64,000 bases of DNA from an uncultured Thermoplasmata archaeon. Its GTDB lineage: Archaea > Thermoplasmatota > Thermoplasmata > Lutacidiplasmatales > UBA184. The translations under genes were made by a program, and so were the position numbers. The notes below the pieces were generated by a model, which saw only the letters and a program-made list of their open reading frames with translations, was not told the DNA's origin and did no database searches. The stretch's first letter is position 1. The number at the start of each line of letters is the position of its first letter. Shown here in pieces: positions 1 to 11,320 of the stretch. The stretch lies in contig CAVPSE010000002.1 in assembly GCA_963708255.1 (NCBI GenBank), positions 1,534,799 through 1,598,798 of the forward strand. The letters run 5' to 3'.

Positions 1-87
1 CCCGGTCCGAGCGACGGTGTCGCTCCCGTCGACGGCCGGAGCTCCGAATTTGGAGCATCTTCATGCCTCCATCCCCATGCTCCGGTC

Positions 88-685
88 GTGCCAGTTCCGG
101 CGGCGTCCCTTGCGGTCCGCACGGCCCCCTGGAGCGCGCTCGAGCGGCTGGCGGAGGCATGCACCGCCTGCCCCCTTCACCGGTACTCGTGAGCACGTGG
201 TCCTGTTCCGGGGCGGTCGGCGCCCCCGGGTCCTATTCGTGGGGGAGGCCCCAGGGGCCGAGGAGGACACTTCCGGAAAGCCGTTCGTGGGTCGGGCCGG
301 GCGCCGCCTCGACGCCGCCGCGTCATCCCTTGGGCTCCGGCCCGAAGAATGGGCCGTGGTCAACCTGCTGAAGTGCCGGCCGCCGGAGAACCGGTTCCCG
401 CCGGCTTCGGTGTCCCGCTGCCGACCGTTCCTCGACCGGCAGATCGAGCTCCTCGACCCGCGGTGGCTCGTGACCCTCGGCCGACACGCGTTGCACGCCC
501 TCGACCCGACCGCGCCGGCGATCAGCGAATCGGCCGGTACGGCAGCGGGCGTACCGACGGACGGAGGCTCTTCCCGCTCCTCCACCCGGCGGCCGCTCTT
601 CACAATCCGCGTCTTCGCGCCCGGTGGGCGTCGGACCTCGACCGTCTTGCGCGCCGCGCTCGCCTCCGTGCCGGAAACCCTTTGA
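88..685 (+). CDS. udg: Uracil-DNA glycosylase, family 4 (Fe-S type), reading frame interrupted
   Basis: ORF 17..685 carries GEAPGAEEDTSGKPFVGRAG and LLKCRPPENR...CRPFL. The N-terminal Cys pair CTACP (160-174) and the C-terminal LFPLLHPAAALHNP motif (about 568-609) lie in another frame, implying 2-3 single-nt indels. The start (GTG about 88) is uncertain. Confidence 0.7.
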
Positions 686-707
686 CCCACCAGCCGCTCG
701 CTCGGCC

Positions 708-3206
708 GTGGAGACGATCGACCTCTTCCTCCTGGGGGGCACGTATCGCACTCTCGGGACCGACGTCGTCGTCGAGCTGTTCGGTCGCTCTCGGGAGGGG
801 GCCGCGGTCGTCGCCCGCTACTACGGGTTCCAGCCGTACTTCGAGATCGTCGGACCCGCCGGAGGAGTTCCGCGTACGACTGAAGGCCGACCCGGAAGTG
901 GTCCGGCTGGACGACATCACCCTCTGGGTCGCGGGACGGGACCCGACGGGCCACGAGCTCGTGGGCCGGGACCGCCCGGTCCTGCGGGTCACGATCCACT
1001 CCCCCTGGAAGGTCCCGGAGTACCGGGAACGGTACCGCCGTCCCGGGCATCGAGCCGGGCATCCTCGCCTGCGACATCCCGTTCCTGCACCGGTTCCTCT
1101 ACGACAAGGGCCTCGGCCTGACGGTCCAGTTCGAGGCGGAGGCGGAGCCCTCGGAGGTCGCGGCGCTCTACACCGTCCCGAAGGTGGTCCGCGTCCTCAC
1201 GGATGCGGGTCGGGAGATCCGACCGGCCGAGGCGTTCCGCCCCCCGCTGACGGTGCTCTCGTTCGACATCGAGAACGCGATCCGAACGAGGAACATCTTC
1301 ACGCTCTGCGGGGTGGTGGAGCGACCGGGCCAGGAACGGCACACGTTCCGGCTCCACGCCGAGGACGAGCGGAAGATCCTGACCGAGTTCGCCCGGGTCA
1401 TCGAGGAGGAGGACCCGGATGTCATCACGGGGTACAACATCGGCGGGTACGACCTCCCGCTTCTCGAGGAGCGGGCCAAGGCCCTCGGGATCCCACCCCT
1501 CGCGTACGGCCGGGACCGGGGCGAGCTGAGGGACGCGGGCGAGCGGCTGTGGCGTGCCTCCGGCCGAGTCATCGCCGACGCGTGGTGGGCGGCCCGACGG
1601 GACCTCCGTCCCAAGCAGGAGTCGCTCCAGTTCGTCGCCCGGACGCTCCTCGGGGAGGGAAAGCTCGACGTCGACCGCCGGAACATCGAGGGGGAGTGGG
1701 CGAAGGACCCGGAGCGGGTGATGCAGTACTGCGAGAAGGACGCCGAGCTGGCGCTCCGGATCCTCCAGCGGCTGCGCACCGTCGAGAAGGCCGGCGGACC
1801 TGGCCACGGTGGCCCACCTTCCGCTCGAGGAGGGGCTCAACGGCCGCACCTCCCTGTTCATCGACGCGATGCTGATCCCCCGCGCGGACCGGCTGCACGT
1901 GGGAGTGCCCCCCAGCAACCGGGCCCGCCGGGACACCTCCATCGAGGGCGGCTACGTCCACACGATCAAGCCGGGGATCTACCGGTGGGTCGTCGTTCTC
2001 GACTTCAAGTCGATGTACCCGTCGATCATCATCGCGAAGAACATCTGCTTCACGACCGTCTCACCGGACGGCACCACGGTGGCGCCGGGCGGGGCCCGAT
2101 TCCTGACCCCTGACATCCGCCAGGGGGTGATCCCGCAGATCCTCCGGGAGCTCCTATCGGACCGGGACCGGTTCCGCCGTCTGTCCCGGGAAGCTCCGCG
2201 ACCGGAACTGCGGGAGTACTACGACGGTCTCCAGAACGCGGTCAAGGTCCTGATGAACTCGTTCTACGGGGTCCTCGCCTCCAGCTTCTACCGGTTCACC
2301 GACAAGGACATCGGGGCCGCGATCACCGCGTTCGCCCGGGACGCCATCACCTCGATCATCCGGGCCCTCGAGTCCGAGGGCCACGAGGTCGTCTACTCCG
2401 ACACGGACAGCGTGTTCGTCCGTTCCCCCGAGCCGTCGCTCGAAGGCTCCCGACGGTTCGGCGAGGATCTTTCGAAGCGGTTCACCGTGGCCGGGGCGAC
2501 CTTCGAGTTCCAGTCGGTCTACGAGGCCCTCTTCTCGCACGGCGCCAAGAAGCGGTACGTCGGTCGGAACGTCTGGCCGAAGGAGGAGCTCGTCATCCGG
2601 GGATACGAGACCCGGCGGACCGATGCCTTCGACTTCCAGTCCGAGGCGCTCCTCGAGGTGTTCGAACTGGTCCTCAAGGGCGATACCGATCAGGCGATCG
2701 CCCGCTCCCGCGAACTTGTGCAGGCCTGCCGCGAAGGGCAGGTGCCGGTCGAGAAGCTCGTGGTGGCCCGCTCCGTGCGACCGGAGGAGCAGTACAACGA
2801 GGCGACCCGCGACGCGCTCCCGTTCCTCCGGGTGTTCCGGCAGCTGAAGGAGGAGGGGTACGACGTGATCCCCGGGATGAAGGTCGCCTGGATCGTCACC
2901 GACGCCGGGAAGACCCCCCAGGAGATCGAACCATGGATCGAGGGACGGCCGTTCCGCCGCCGCCCCGACTACGCGTACTACGCCGACCGGGTCGCCCAGA
3001 CCCTCGCCCGGGTCACGGAGGTGTTCGACTGGGACGCCGCCGCTCTCCTGAAGGGGCACCGGACGAACCAGCACCGCCTCGGAGAGGGCGAGGGAGCCCC
3101 CGCCGCTCGGACGGGTAGTGCCGCGGCCGAGCCGGCGGCGTCGCTCTCAAGCCCGGTCGGCTCGCTGGGCACGGGGCGGGCGAAACGCCGCCAGACGACA
3201 CTGTAG
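708..3206 (+). CDS. polB: DNA polymerase, family B (archaeal PolB), frame interrupted three times
   Basis: Exonuclease motifs LSFDIEN, ITGYNIGGYDLPLL and YCEKDAEL. Polymerase motifs DFKSMYPSIII, KVLMNSFYG and YSDTDSVF. The gene is spread over ORFs 624..1121, 349..1875, 1184..2113 and 1809..3206, with frame changes near 853, 1035 and 1793. GTG start at 708. Confidence 0.9.
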
Positions 3207-3223
3207 GTCCTTCGCGGCCGATC

Positions 3224-4165
3224 TCACTTGGCCGACGGGGTCGCGTAGTTCGGCGTCCAACCCGGGTGGCTCCCGCGGAGAGCTAACGCCGCGCCGAGCA
3301 CGGCGACCGGGATACCGACCAGTCCGAGGAGCACCGGGGCCGTGTGGAACGCCGCGAGGGCGAGGAAGAGGGTGAACACCGGGATCGTGGCCATCAGTAG
3401 GGCCGGGAGGAGAAGCCCGGCCCACTCGATCGCTCGGAAGTAGAGGTACGGCCCAAGGAAGAAGCTCGTCACCCCGAGACCCGCGACGAGCACGAGGTCG
3501 AGAGGACTCGCGATCGCAAGCCCCCCCGCTCCGCCCGGTAGCAGCGGGCTCACGACAAAGCTCAGCGCGGCGGCGCCGAGCGTCGCCTGCGCGACCACCG
3601 CCGACCCCGGCAGGCGGACGTTGGCCTGGGCGGTCAGGAGGAAGTACAGGGCGACGACGATCGGCACGAAGGGGGCCACCAGCCAGGCCGCCCCGTGAAG
3701 GGCGGGAGCGCTCTGGCCACCGAGGATCGTCAGCGATGCGCCGCCCGTGCTCAGCGCGACCCCGGTCCAGAACGCCGGGGACCGGGCCCGGTCGGTCGCC
3801 TGGTGGAGGACGACCATCACAAGGATCGGGGTGAGGGTCACGTCCCCCACGAGGGACAGGAGGGAGGTATCGACCGCGCCGGCGGTGTACGTCGAGGCGA
3901 GAACCCCGACCTGCATGCCGAGCAGCAACAGCATCCGAAGGTACCCCGAAGGCTCCAGGAACAACCGCAGAAGGACCCGGCCGTGCCCTTCCGAAACGGC
4001 CAGGATCCCGTAGGCGATCCCCCCGAAGAGGAACGGGTAGGCGAGGAGGCCGGCCGGCCCCATCGTCGGGTCGAGGTAGAGGACGAACAGATAGTAGGAA
4101 GCCCAGATCAGGGAGGCGAGCAGCGCTGCGATCCCGGCGACCACCGGACGCCCGAAGGCCCGCAT
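3224..4165 (-). CDS. EamA/DMT-family transporter (about 10 TM helices)
   Basis: 313-aa ORF that is hydrophobic throughout, with the two-fold repeated 5-TM pattern typical of drug/metabolite transporters. No specific motif recognised. Confidence 0.6.
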   Translation of the reverse strand: MRAFGRPVVAGIAALLASLIWASYYLFVLYLDPTMGPAGLLAYPFLFGGIAYGILAVSEGHGRVLLRLFLEPSGYLRMLLLLGMQVGVLASTYTAGAVDTSLLSLVGDVTLTPILVMVVLHQATDRARSPAFWTGVALSTGGASLTILGGQSAPALHGAAWLVAPFVPIVVALYFLLTAQANVRLPGSAVVAQATLGAAALSFVVSPLLPGGAGGLAIASPLDLVLVAGLGVTSFFLGPYLYFRAIEWAGLLLPALLMATIPVFTLFLALAAFHTAPVLLGLVGIPVAVLGAALALRGSHPGWTPNYATPSAK

Positions 4166-4216
4166 CCGACGCTTCGAGGAACCGGCCGCTCGATAAGGGT
4201 TCCCCGGTCGTCGAGC

Positions 4217-5275
4217 CTAGGCGTACCCCGCGAACTCGAGCCCCTCCGAAGGCACCACGACCCCCGACCCCCGCTCCACCGTGCCGACCGGGCGGACATC
4301 CCCGAAACCCGCCCGGGCCAACCGAGCGACGAGGCGGCCCGCCGCGGGGCGGCGCACGACGGCGACGAACCCGATCCCTCCATTGAACGTCTGGTAGAGC
4401 TCGGCCGGGGCGATCCTACCGGCACGTTGGGCCCATCGGAACAGGCCCGCGGGACGGGGCCAGCCATCGAGAACGAACCGGACCTTGGGGTGGAGCCGGA
4501 CGAGATTGCGGACCCCACCGCCCGAGATGTGCGCGAGGCCGTGAACGTCAGGATCATCGGCGATGGCCTCGCTCGCGGCGACATAGATCCGGGTCGGCGC
4601 GAGCAGAGCCGAACCCAACGGACGTCGGTCCCCGGGGACGCGCTGCGCGAGGTCAGGGTGCGTGGCCGCCACGAGCCGACGGACCAGCGTGAAACCGTTC
4701 GCGTGGAACCCGCTCGCGGCGAGGCCGAGGAGCACGTCCCCCGGGCGGATCCGGGCACCGGTGATCGGCCGCCGTCCCCCTGGGTAGAAGCCGAGGGCCG
4801 TCCCCCCGACATCGACCCCGGTCACGATATCCGGCACGACCGCTGTCTCCCCTCCGAGCAGGGCACATCGCGCGGCCCGCAGACCGCGGTCCAGGCCGCG
4901 GCCGATGGCGGCGAACGCCGCCGGACGGGGGTGGTCGCACGAGATGCAGTCCACGAGCCCGAATGGCCTCGCGCCCACCGCGGCGAGGTCATTGACGTTC
5001 ACCGCCACTGCGTCTTCCCCGATCCCCTCCCACCGGCCGAGCTGCTCCGCGAGGAGCACCTTGGTGCCGACGGTATCGGTGGTGACGGCGATCGACTCCC
5101 GTCCGATCCGGACGATCCCCGCGTAGTGGCCCGGCAGGTCCAACCGACGCCCGGAGCTGGACGGCGGCCGGTATCGAACTCCCTTCAGGAGGGCGGAGAG
5201 GGCCTCCCCGACCTCGCCCCGGTCCACCCCGGCCTTGGCGTACGTCCACCCGGACGCGGCCGACCGAGGGCTCAC
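4217..5275 (-). CDS. purM: Phosphoribosylformylglycinamidine cyclo-ligase (AIR synthetase)
   Basis: Intact 352-aa ORF. PurM-type blocks YAKAGVD, TTDTVGTKV, LLGGETA, HISGGG and TFNGGIG. Confidence 0.9.
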   Translation of the reverse strand: MSPRSAASGWTYAKAGVDRGEVGEALSALLKGVRYRPPSSSGRRLDLPGHYAGIVRIGRESIAVTTDTVGTKVLLAEQLGRWEGIGEDAVAVNVNDLAAVGARPFGLVDCISCDHPRPAAFAAIGRGLDRGLRAARCALLGGETAVVPDIVTGVDVGGTALGFYPGGRRPITGARIRPGDVLLGLAASGFHANGFTLVRRLVAATHPDLAQRVPGDRRPLGSALLAPTRIYVAASEAIADDPDVHGLAHISGGGVRNLVRLHPKVRFVLDGWPRPAGLFRWAQRAGRIAPAELYQTFNGGIGFVAVVRRPAAGRLVARLARAGFGDVRPVGTVERGSGVVVPSEGLEFAGYA

Positions 5276-5350
5276 GTGCCGAGGAGGCAGGTCAGAGGGA
5301 AAACGGTGGCGGCCCGAGGTCCTTATCCCCGCGCCCCCCTCCGCCCGTCG

Positions 5351-6694
5351 ATGGCCCGTCGAGGGCGCGGATCCCAGGGCCCGAGGCCGGCCCGCCCACC
5401 CGATCTCGAGCTCGTCGTAGCCGGCCGCGCCTTTCTGGCGGGCCGCTTGAGATCGCTCGAGATCGGGATCGACGAAGGGGGGACCATCGTGGAGACAGGT
5501 CGGAACCTCGAGGGCTCCGATCGATTGGATTTCGGGGACTCGGTCCTGATCCCGACCGCCACGGACCTACACGTCCACACTCGGGAGCCCGGCGACGAAG
5601 GGACGGAAGACCTCCGAAGTGCGACCCTTCAGGCCGCTCTCGGCGGGGTAGGTCTGATCGGGGCGATGCCGAACACGGTACCTCCGGTCGACTCAGTGGA
5701 GCGGGTGGAAGGGCAGCTCGGCCGGATCCCCCGCCGGGCGGCCGTCGACGTGCTCGTCTACGCCCTGGCGCGTCCCGCCGCGCCGCTCCGCTCGCTCGGC
5801 CGCGTGGCCGGTGCGTTCAAGCTCTACCTCAGCCCCACGACCTCGATCGTGGAGTCGCCGGTCCCGGCCGACCTGCCGGTCCTTCTCCGGGCGGTGGCGG
5901 AGTCGCGCCTGCCGCTCACGGTCCACGCCGAGGCACCGGAGCTTTTCTCCGGAGAGGCGAACGCCTCCACGCTAGAGGCGTGGGACGCGGCCCGGCCCGC
6001 CCGGGCCGAGGAGGTGGCGGTCGATCGGGTCCTGTCGGCGTCGCCGCCGGGTCTCCGGCTCCACGTCGCTCACGTCACGAGCACGGCAGTATCTCACCGG
6101 CTTAGGGCCGCTGGCCAGAGCTTCGAGGTCACCCCCCAGCACCTCTTGCTGGCCGCGACTGGGTCCGCCGACCCACGTCGAAAGTTGAACCCCCCTCTTC
6201 GGTCGGAGACCGCCCGTCGGGCGCTCCTGGAGGAGTTCGACCACGGCAGGGTCCCGATCCTTGCCAGCGATCATGCGCCCCACTCCCCGGAGTCCAAGGC
6301 ACGGCCCTTCCCCCTGGCCCCCAGCGGCGCGCCGGGGGTGGAGACCCTGCTTCCGTTGATGTTGGAACGGGTCCGGGCGGGGGATCTCCCGCTTCCGGTG
6401 CTCATCGCCGCGGCCTGCGACCGCCCGGCCCGATGGGCGGGGGTGCCGGTCGGCCGGCTCGCGGTCGGACACCGCGCCGACTTTCTCGTCGTGGATTTCC
6501 GCACGCGAGGGCCTCTGCGGGGGGCCCGATTGCACGCCCCGTGTGGCTGGACGCCGTTCGAGGGAAGGACCGCGGTGTTCCCTCGCCACCACTTCCGCGC
6601 GGGTCGCCGGATCGTCCAGGACGGCGAGTACGTCGGCGACCGGGAAGGACGCCCCGTTCGCCCAGAATTCGCTGGGAGTGGGACCTCCGGGTAG
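5351..6694 (+). CDS. pyrC: Dihydroorotase-type cyclic amidohydrolase
   Basis: 3' part of ORF 3695..6694; the upstream part is antisense shadow of purM. Metal-ligand pattern [24 protein letters not shown] and ASDHAPH. ATG at 5351 about 27 nt downstream of CCTTATCC. Confidence 0.75.
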   Translation: MARRGRGSQGPRPARPPDLELVVAGRAFLAGRLRSLEIGIDEGGTIVETGRNLEGSDRLDFGDSVLIPTATDLHVHTREPGDEGTEDLRSATLQAALGGVGLIGAMPNTVPPVDSVERVEGQLGRIPRRAAVDVLVYALARPAAPLRSLGRVAGAFKLYLSPTTSIVESPVPADLPVLLRAVAESRLPLTVHAEAPELFSGEANASTLEAWDAARPARAEEVAVDRVLSASPPGLRLHVAHVTSTAVSHRLRAAGQSFEVTPQHLLLAATGSADPRRKLNPPLRSETARRALLEEFDHGRVPILASDHAPHSPESKARPFPLAPSGAPGVETLLPLMLERVRAGDLPLPVLIAAACDRPARWAGVPVGRLAVGHRADFLVVDFRTRGPLRGARLHAPCGWTPFEGRTAVFPRHHFRAGRRIVQDGEYVGDREGRPVRPEFAGSGTSG

Positions 6695-6730
6695 GGTCGG
6701 GGCCGCCGAACTCTGTCGCGCGCGCGTTGC

Positions 6731-6739
6731 TTCAAATAG
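6731..6739 (+). promoter_or_regulatory. TATA-like box (TTCAAATAG) upstream of the ABC ATPase gene
   Basis: The only AT-rich patch in the intergenic region, about 35 nt upstream of ATG 6772. Confidence 0.35.
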
Positions 6740-6771
6740 CCTCGTTCGGTCGAGGCCCGCCAGAGGGTCCG

Positions 6772-7452
6772 ATGTCCGCCGAGCCGGTCGTGGTCGGCCG
6801 CGATGTATGGAAGGTCTACGGCTCCGGAGAGACCGAGGTCCCGGCGCTTCGTGGGATCGACGTGTCGATCCTGCGCGGGGAGATCCTCGCGATCATGGGA
6901 CCGTCGGGGTGCGGGAAGACGACGTTCCTGAACTGTTTCTCCGGGCTCGATGACATCACCCGTGGGACGGTCACGCTCGAAGGCGTCGACATCCACCAGA
7001 TGTCGGACAACAAGAAGAGCGACTACCGGGCCCGCCGGACCGGATTCGTTTTCCAATCGTACAATCTCCTCCCGGTCCTCACGGGGCTCGAGAACGTCGA
7101 GATGCCCCTGCTGATCTCCGGCGTCAGCCCGAAAGAGGCCCGGAGCCGGGCCCGGACGATCCTGACCGAGCTCGGTCTGGGGGATCGGACCGACCACCTC
7201 CCCTCGGAGCTCTCCGGGGGCCAGCAACAGCGGGTCTCGCTGGCTCGGGCCCTGGTCACGAAGCCGGCCATCGTGTGGGCCGACGAGCCCACCGGCAACC
7301 TCGATGAGGAAGGCTCCCGTCAAGTGACCCAACTGCTTCGTCAGCTGAACAAGGAGTACCACCAGACCATCGTCGTCGTCACGCACGACCCGGACGTCGC
7401 GGCGGCCTGCGACCGGACGCTGCACATGCGCGACGGACGGTTCGTCGGGTAG
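6772..7452 (+). CDS. ABC transporter ATP-binding protein (MacB/LolD-like)
   Basis: Walker [10 protein letters not shown], signature LSGGQQQRV, Walker [13 protein letters not shown] and H-loop VVTHD. ATG 6772 inside ORF 6433..7452. Confidence 0.85.
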   Translation: MSAEPVVVGRDVWKVYGSGETEVPALRGIDVSILRGEILAIMGPSGCGKTTFLNCFSGLDDITRGTVTLEGVDIHQMSDNKKSDYRARRTGFVFQSYNLLPVLTGLENVEMPLLISGVSPKEARSRARTILTELGLGDRTDHLPSELSGGQQQRVSLARALVTKPAIVWADEPTGNLDEEGSRQVTQLLRQLNKEYHQTIVVVTHDPDVAAACDRTLHMRDGRFVG

Positions 7453-7460
7453 GGCGTACC

Positions 7461-10380
7461 GTGGTCGACACCATCGGAACCCTGCTGCTGCTCCTGGCGT
7501 TCGTGGGCGTCGTCTCGCTGGTCCTCGCGGTACGGCAGCGCCTTCCGCTCCGCATCGCGCTCCGGAACGTCCGTCGCGGCCGGTGGCGCACCGTCCTGGT
7601 GGTCCTCGGTCTCCTGGTCGCGACCACCATCATCTCCGGGAGCTTCGTGATCGGGGACACCGTCAACGCCGTGGATGTCTACTTCACCTACGAGGCCCTC
7701 GGTCACACCGACGAGGGGATCTACAACTCCTCGCCGACCCTGGGCGACGTTCCGTTCCCGTACCCAGTGTTCAACGCCCTCAACGCCTCGGTCTCCGGGG
7801 ACACGGAGGTCGCCGGGATGGTCCCCGAGATCATCTCCACCGTCCAGGTGTTGGACGTCGCGACCCACGTGCCCCAGACCGGTCTCAACCTGATCGGGCA
7901 GGACGCGAACCACACGGGCGTGCTCGGGCCGTTCGTCTCCGACACCGGGGCGAGCCTCGCCGGCCCGTCGGCGGGGCAGGTCTACCTCAACGACCAAGCC
8001 GCGAGCGACCTCAACGCCTCCCCCGGTGATACGGTCCGGCTGTTCGGGCCGGTGCCTGTGCAGGCCGTCGTCGGAGCCGTGGTCCAGGACGACCAACGGG
8101 GGTGGTTCCTCGCCGGCGGGGATGTCTTCGTCCCCCTTCTGACGGCCCAGACCCTGGAGAACGAGAGCGGCGAGATCAACTTCATCGCTGTCGCGAACGC
8201 CGGCTCCGTCTCCTCCGCCGTCGGACTCTCCACATCCGTCAGCCAGCACCTGAACGCGACCCTCGCCGGTCTCCACCCGAACTACGGGCTCGCCGCGTAC
8301 TCGATCCTGGCGAGCGCCCTCTCCCAGGAGGAGGCCTCGGCGATGAGCCTGAGCCAGCTGTTCCTCGTGCTCGGGCTGTTCTCGATCGTCGCCGGCCTCA
8401 TGCTGATCGTCGGGATCTTCATCATGCTCGCCGAGGAGCGGAAGGGGGAGATGGGGATGCTGCGGGCGATCGGCCTGCGGCGTCGGCAGCTCATCTATAC
8501 CTACTACTTCGAGGGCCTCGTCTACGCGGCCGGGAGCGCGGCGGTCGGCGTGGTCCTCGGCGTCGGCGTCGGGTACGCCATGGTCTACGCGTTCTCGGTG
8601 TACTTCTCCACGGGGGTCGTCACCTCGACGGCGATCCTCCACTCCTTCACGGTCTCCTCCACCTCGCTCCTCACGGCGTACATCGTCGGGTTCGTGATCA
8701 CCCTCCTCACCGTGGCGATCACCACCGGCTGGATCTCCCGCCTCAACATCGTGCGGGCGATCCGAAGCGTCCCCGAACCGCCCCCGGCCCGGCACGTCTA
8801 CAGCTACCTCGCCTACCTAGGAGGCGCGCTCGCGCTCTTGGGAGGCTGGGTCCTCGTCTCCACCGCCCGTGGCTCCGGTGACATCTCCCTGCCGATCCTC
8901 GGAGGGGCGCTCCTGATCCTGGGCGCCGGGCTCGTCCTCGCGCGATTCGTGCTGAACCGGTACGCCTTCACGGCCGCCGGTCTCGCGCTCCTCGCGTGGA
9001 GCGGTCTTCCCGGGGCGCGGGATGCCCTCCTCGGCACGCAGCATACCGGGTCGATCACGTCGGTGTTCACGCTGGGGATCATCCTCGTGGGCAGCGCGAT
9101 CATCGTGTACGTGTTCAACTCGGACCTCGTCGTGCGCGCCCTCGGGGGGCTCACCGGCCAGCGCGGGCGCGCCACGTCGGTCGTGCGGATCGCCCTCTCG
9201 TATCCGGGACGTCGCTCGTTCCGGACCGCGATCAACCTGACGATCTTCTCCCTGGTCCTCTTCACCATCGTGGCCGTGGCGTCGGTCGGGGGCTCGGTCC
9301 AGGCCGACCTCTCCAACGAGATCCAGGCCCAGTCGGGCGGGTATTCGATGTTCGGCTACTCTGCCGCGTCGATCCCCGACCTCCCGGGGATGATCCAGAA
9401 CAACTCCTCGCTCGCTCCCCTGTACTCGAACGTGGTGCCGTTCGTGGCCGGGGGGGTCCTGATCAACTACACCGGGTCCCCGCAGGCGTTCCCGTACGGG
9501 GTGTACGCCGCGCCCACGAACGCCTCTCCGTCGAGCGATTTCTACACGACGAACCACTACAACTTCACCTCTACCCTCGACGGGATGAGCTCGGCGGCGG
9601 TGTTCGCCCAACTGGCCACCGATCCGACCGCGGCCATCGTGGATGGCTCGTTCGCGCCGGCCACCCTGAGCTTCGGCGGGAGGAGCTCGCAGGCGCCCCT
9701 CGCCCCCGGGGCGAGCGTCGAGCTGCTCAATCCGGACAACGGGATCCACCGGAACGTCACCGTGATCGGGATCCTTTCCCAGATGTTCATCTCGGGCGTC
9801 TGGGTGAACCCCGCGACCGCCACCGCCCTCGGTTTCGGTGGCGAGAGCGCCTTCCTGCTGACCGTCGCCCCCGGCCAGTCCGCGGTCCACGCGGCCCAGC
9901 TGACCAAGGCCGCGTTCTACCCCTACGGTCTCATCCTCTACGATTTCGCCACGCTGCTCCAGCAGTCGGTCCAGAACACCGAGGCCGTGATCGGCCTCCT
10001 CGAGATCTTCGTGGCCCTCGGCCTCGCCGTGGGGATCGCGGCCATGGGCATCGTCGCCCTGCGCGCCGTGGCGGAGCGACGCTCGGAGATCGGGATGCTC
10101 CGGGCCGCCGGCTTCACCCGGCGGATGGTCCTCGGGGCGTTCTTGCTGGAGTACCTGGTACGTCGCCCTCCTCGGGATCGCCATCGGGGCGTCCCTAGGG
10201 ATCCTCATCATCTACAACGCCGCCCAATCGGCGGCGGGCGTCCTCGCGTTCAGCGTCCCGTGGGCGAACATCGCCCTGGTCGTCCTGGTCGCCTACGCCC
10301 TCACGGTGCTGGCGACCCTCGGGCCGTCGCTCAAGGCGGCGCGCCTCCCGCCGGCGGAAGCGGTCCGCTACTCCGAGTAA
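7461..10380 (+). CDS. ABC transporter permease, FtsX/MacB-type with large extracytoplasmic domains, frame interrupted near the 3' end
   Basis: ORF 7461..10433. Two FtsX-like 4-TM modules (EERKGEMGMLRAIG and ERRSEIGMLRAAG). The hydrophobic C-terminus YVALLGIAIGASLG...LKAARLPPAEAVRYSE continues in another frame after about 10155 and stops at TAA 10378-10380. Confidence 0.8.
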
Positions 10381-11017
10381 GGCGGGGCGGCCACCCCCGG
10401 GTGACCGTTCCCCGGTACCGGAGCACCAGGTAGACCACGAAGACGCCCAGGGCGACGATCAGTACGTAGTCGAGGTCGTGGAAGATCGGGAGGATCTCCT
10501 CCCAGTGGGATCGCAGGACGAACCCCACGTACATCATGCCGACCGTGAACGGGAAGGAACCGATCACGGTGTAGATCGCGAACCGGACCGGGGGCACCTT
10601 GGCCGCCCCCGCGGGGTAGCTGATGTATGCTCGGACGATGGGAACCACCCGGGCCAGGATGATCGTCACCTCGCCGTTGCGCTGGAACCAGGTGTCCATC
10701 ACCGCGAGCTGGTGCTCGTCGAGCCGAAGGCTCCCCGTGCCCGCCCGGACCAGCCAGTGGCGGCCCCACCGGCCGATCGCATAGGCCAGCAGGGCGCCCA
10801 CGAGTCCCCCGAGGAGGGCCGTGACGACCGCCCCCGTCCAGGTGTAGGTTCCCATGGCGACCAGGAACCCGGCGAACGGGAGGATGATCTCGCTCGGCAG
10901 CGGCGGAATGCCGAAGCTCTCGACGGCCATCAGACCGAACAGGGCGGCGAGCCCCCCCGCGGTCATCGCCGCCGTGATCACCGCGGTGAGCGTCTCGATG
11001 ATCGCGATGCTGACCAA
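10331..11017 (-). CDS. DedA-family membrane protein
   Basis: 228-aa ORF with the DedA core ESFGIPPLPSEIILPFAGFL...ARVVPIVRAYISYPAG. The 3' end overlaps the convergent permease gene. Confidence 0.75.
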   Translation of the reverse strand: MVSIAIIETLTAVITAAMTAGGLAALFGLMAVESFGIPPLPSEIILPFAGFLVAMGTYTWTGAVVTALLGGLVGALLAYAIGRWGRHWLVRAGTGSLRLDEHQLAVMDTWFQRNGEVTIILARVVPIVRAYISYPAGAAKVPPVRFAIYTVIGSFPFTVGMMYVGFVLRSHWEEILPIFHDLDYVLIVALGVFVVYLVLRYRGTVTRGWPPRLTRSSGPLPPAGGAPP

Positions 11018-11029
11018 CGGGGGTCACCC

Positions 11030-11278
11030 CTACGCGTTCGACCCGTCCGTGAGGTGGAGGACGAAGGGGGTCGAGAGCCGGGCGTTGGTGCGGGCCGGGA
11101 TGCCTTCGAACTGGAGGGGGGTCGAGCAGCCACCGCAGCTCACCGCGGGCCGCTGCCTCCCGAGCACGATCGACAGGGGGATCCCCACCTCGATCTCCTT
11201 GACCGGGCCCGGGGCGCGAGCGATCGCCGCCGCGAGGGACCGGAGGAGTTCCTCCGGGGGGTCGGCGGGGGCCGTCAT
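11030..11278 (-). CDS. Hypothetical small protein (CGGC motif)
   Basis: 82-aa ORF with strong G/C preference at the third codon position. No family recognised. Confidence 0.35.
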   Translation of the reverse strand: MTAPADPPEELLRSLAAAIARAPGPVKEIEVGIPLSIVLGRQRPAVSCGGCSTPLQFEGIPARTNARLSTPFVLHLTDGSNA

Positions 11279-11320
11279 GATACCGATACCGGCGGGGGGG
11301 CTCTTAACGACTGGCGGCGC

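Noticed and set aside
61-1077. Long antisense ORFs overlapping conserved genes. Examples: 61..1077(-), 989..1942(-), 2154..3074(-), 7341..8795(-), 8817..10211(-), 16284..18509(+), 24996..27983(+), 28768..30471(+), 40683..42113(+), 49334..51487(+), 53192..55435(-), 53818..56184(+), 57514..59130(+), 60562..62259(+).
   Set aside because: They are Arg/Pro/Gly-rich with no recognisable motifs, and they lie opposite or out of frame to genes with strong family signatures. Stop codons are rare in very GC-rich DNA, so such shadow ORFs are expected.
3192-3230. Possible PCNA-binding PIP box at the PolB C-terminus. The protein ends ...RRQTTL-stop, and dropping one T at 3204 would read QTTLRSFAADL (Q-x-x-L-x-x-F).
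   Set aside because: The corrected frame then has no stop for more than 50 codons and runs antisense into the next gene, so a second correction would be needed. This is too speculative without read data.
3695-5350. The 5' two thirds of the 999-aa ORF 3695..6694.
   Set aside because: This part is antisense to the EamA transporter and purM and has shadow-ORF composition. Only the part from ATG 5351 shows the dihydroorotase motifs.
10331-10380. 50-nt convergent overlap of the DedA gene and the ABC permease gene.
   Set aside because: It is short and explained by late stop codons in GC-rich sequence. Unlike the moaE/acd case, both proteins are complete.
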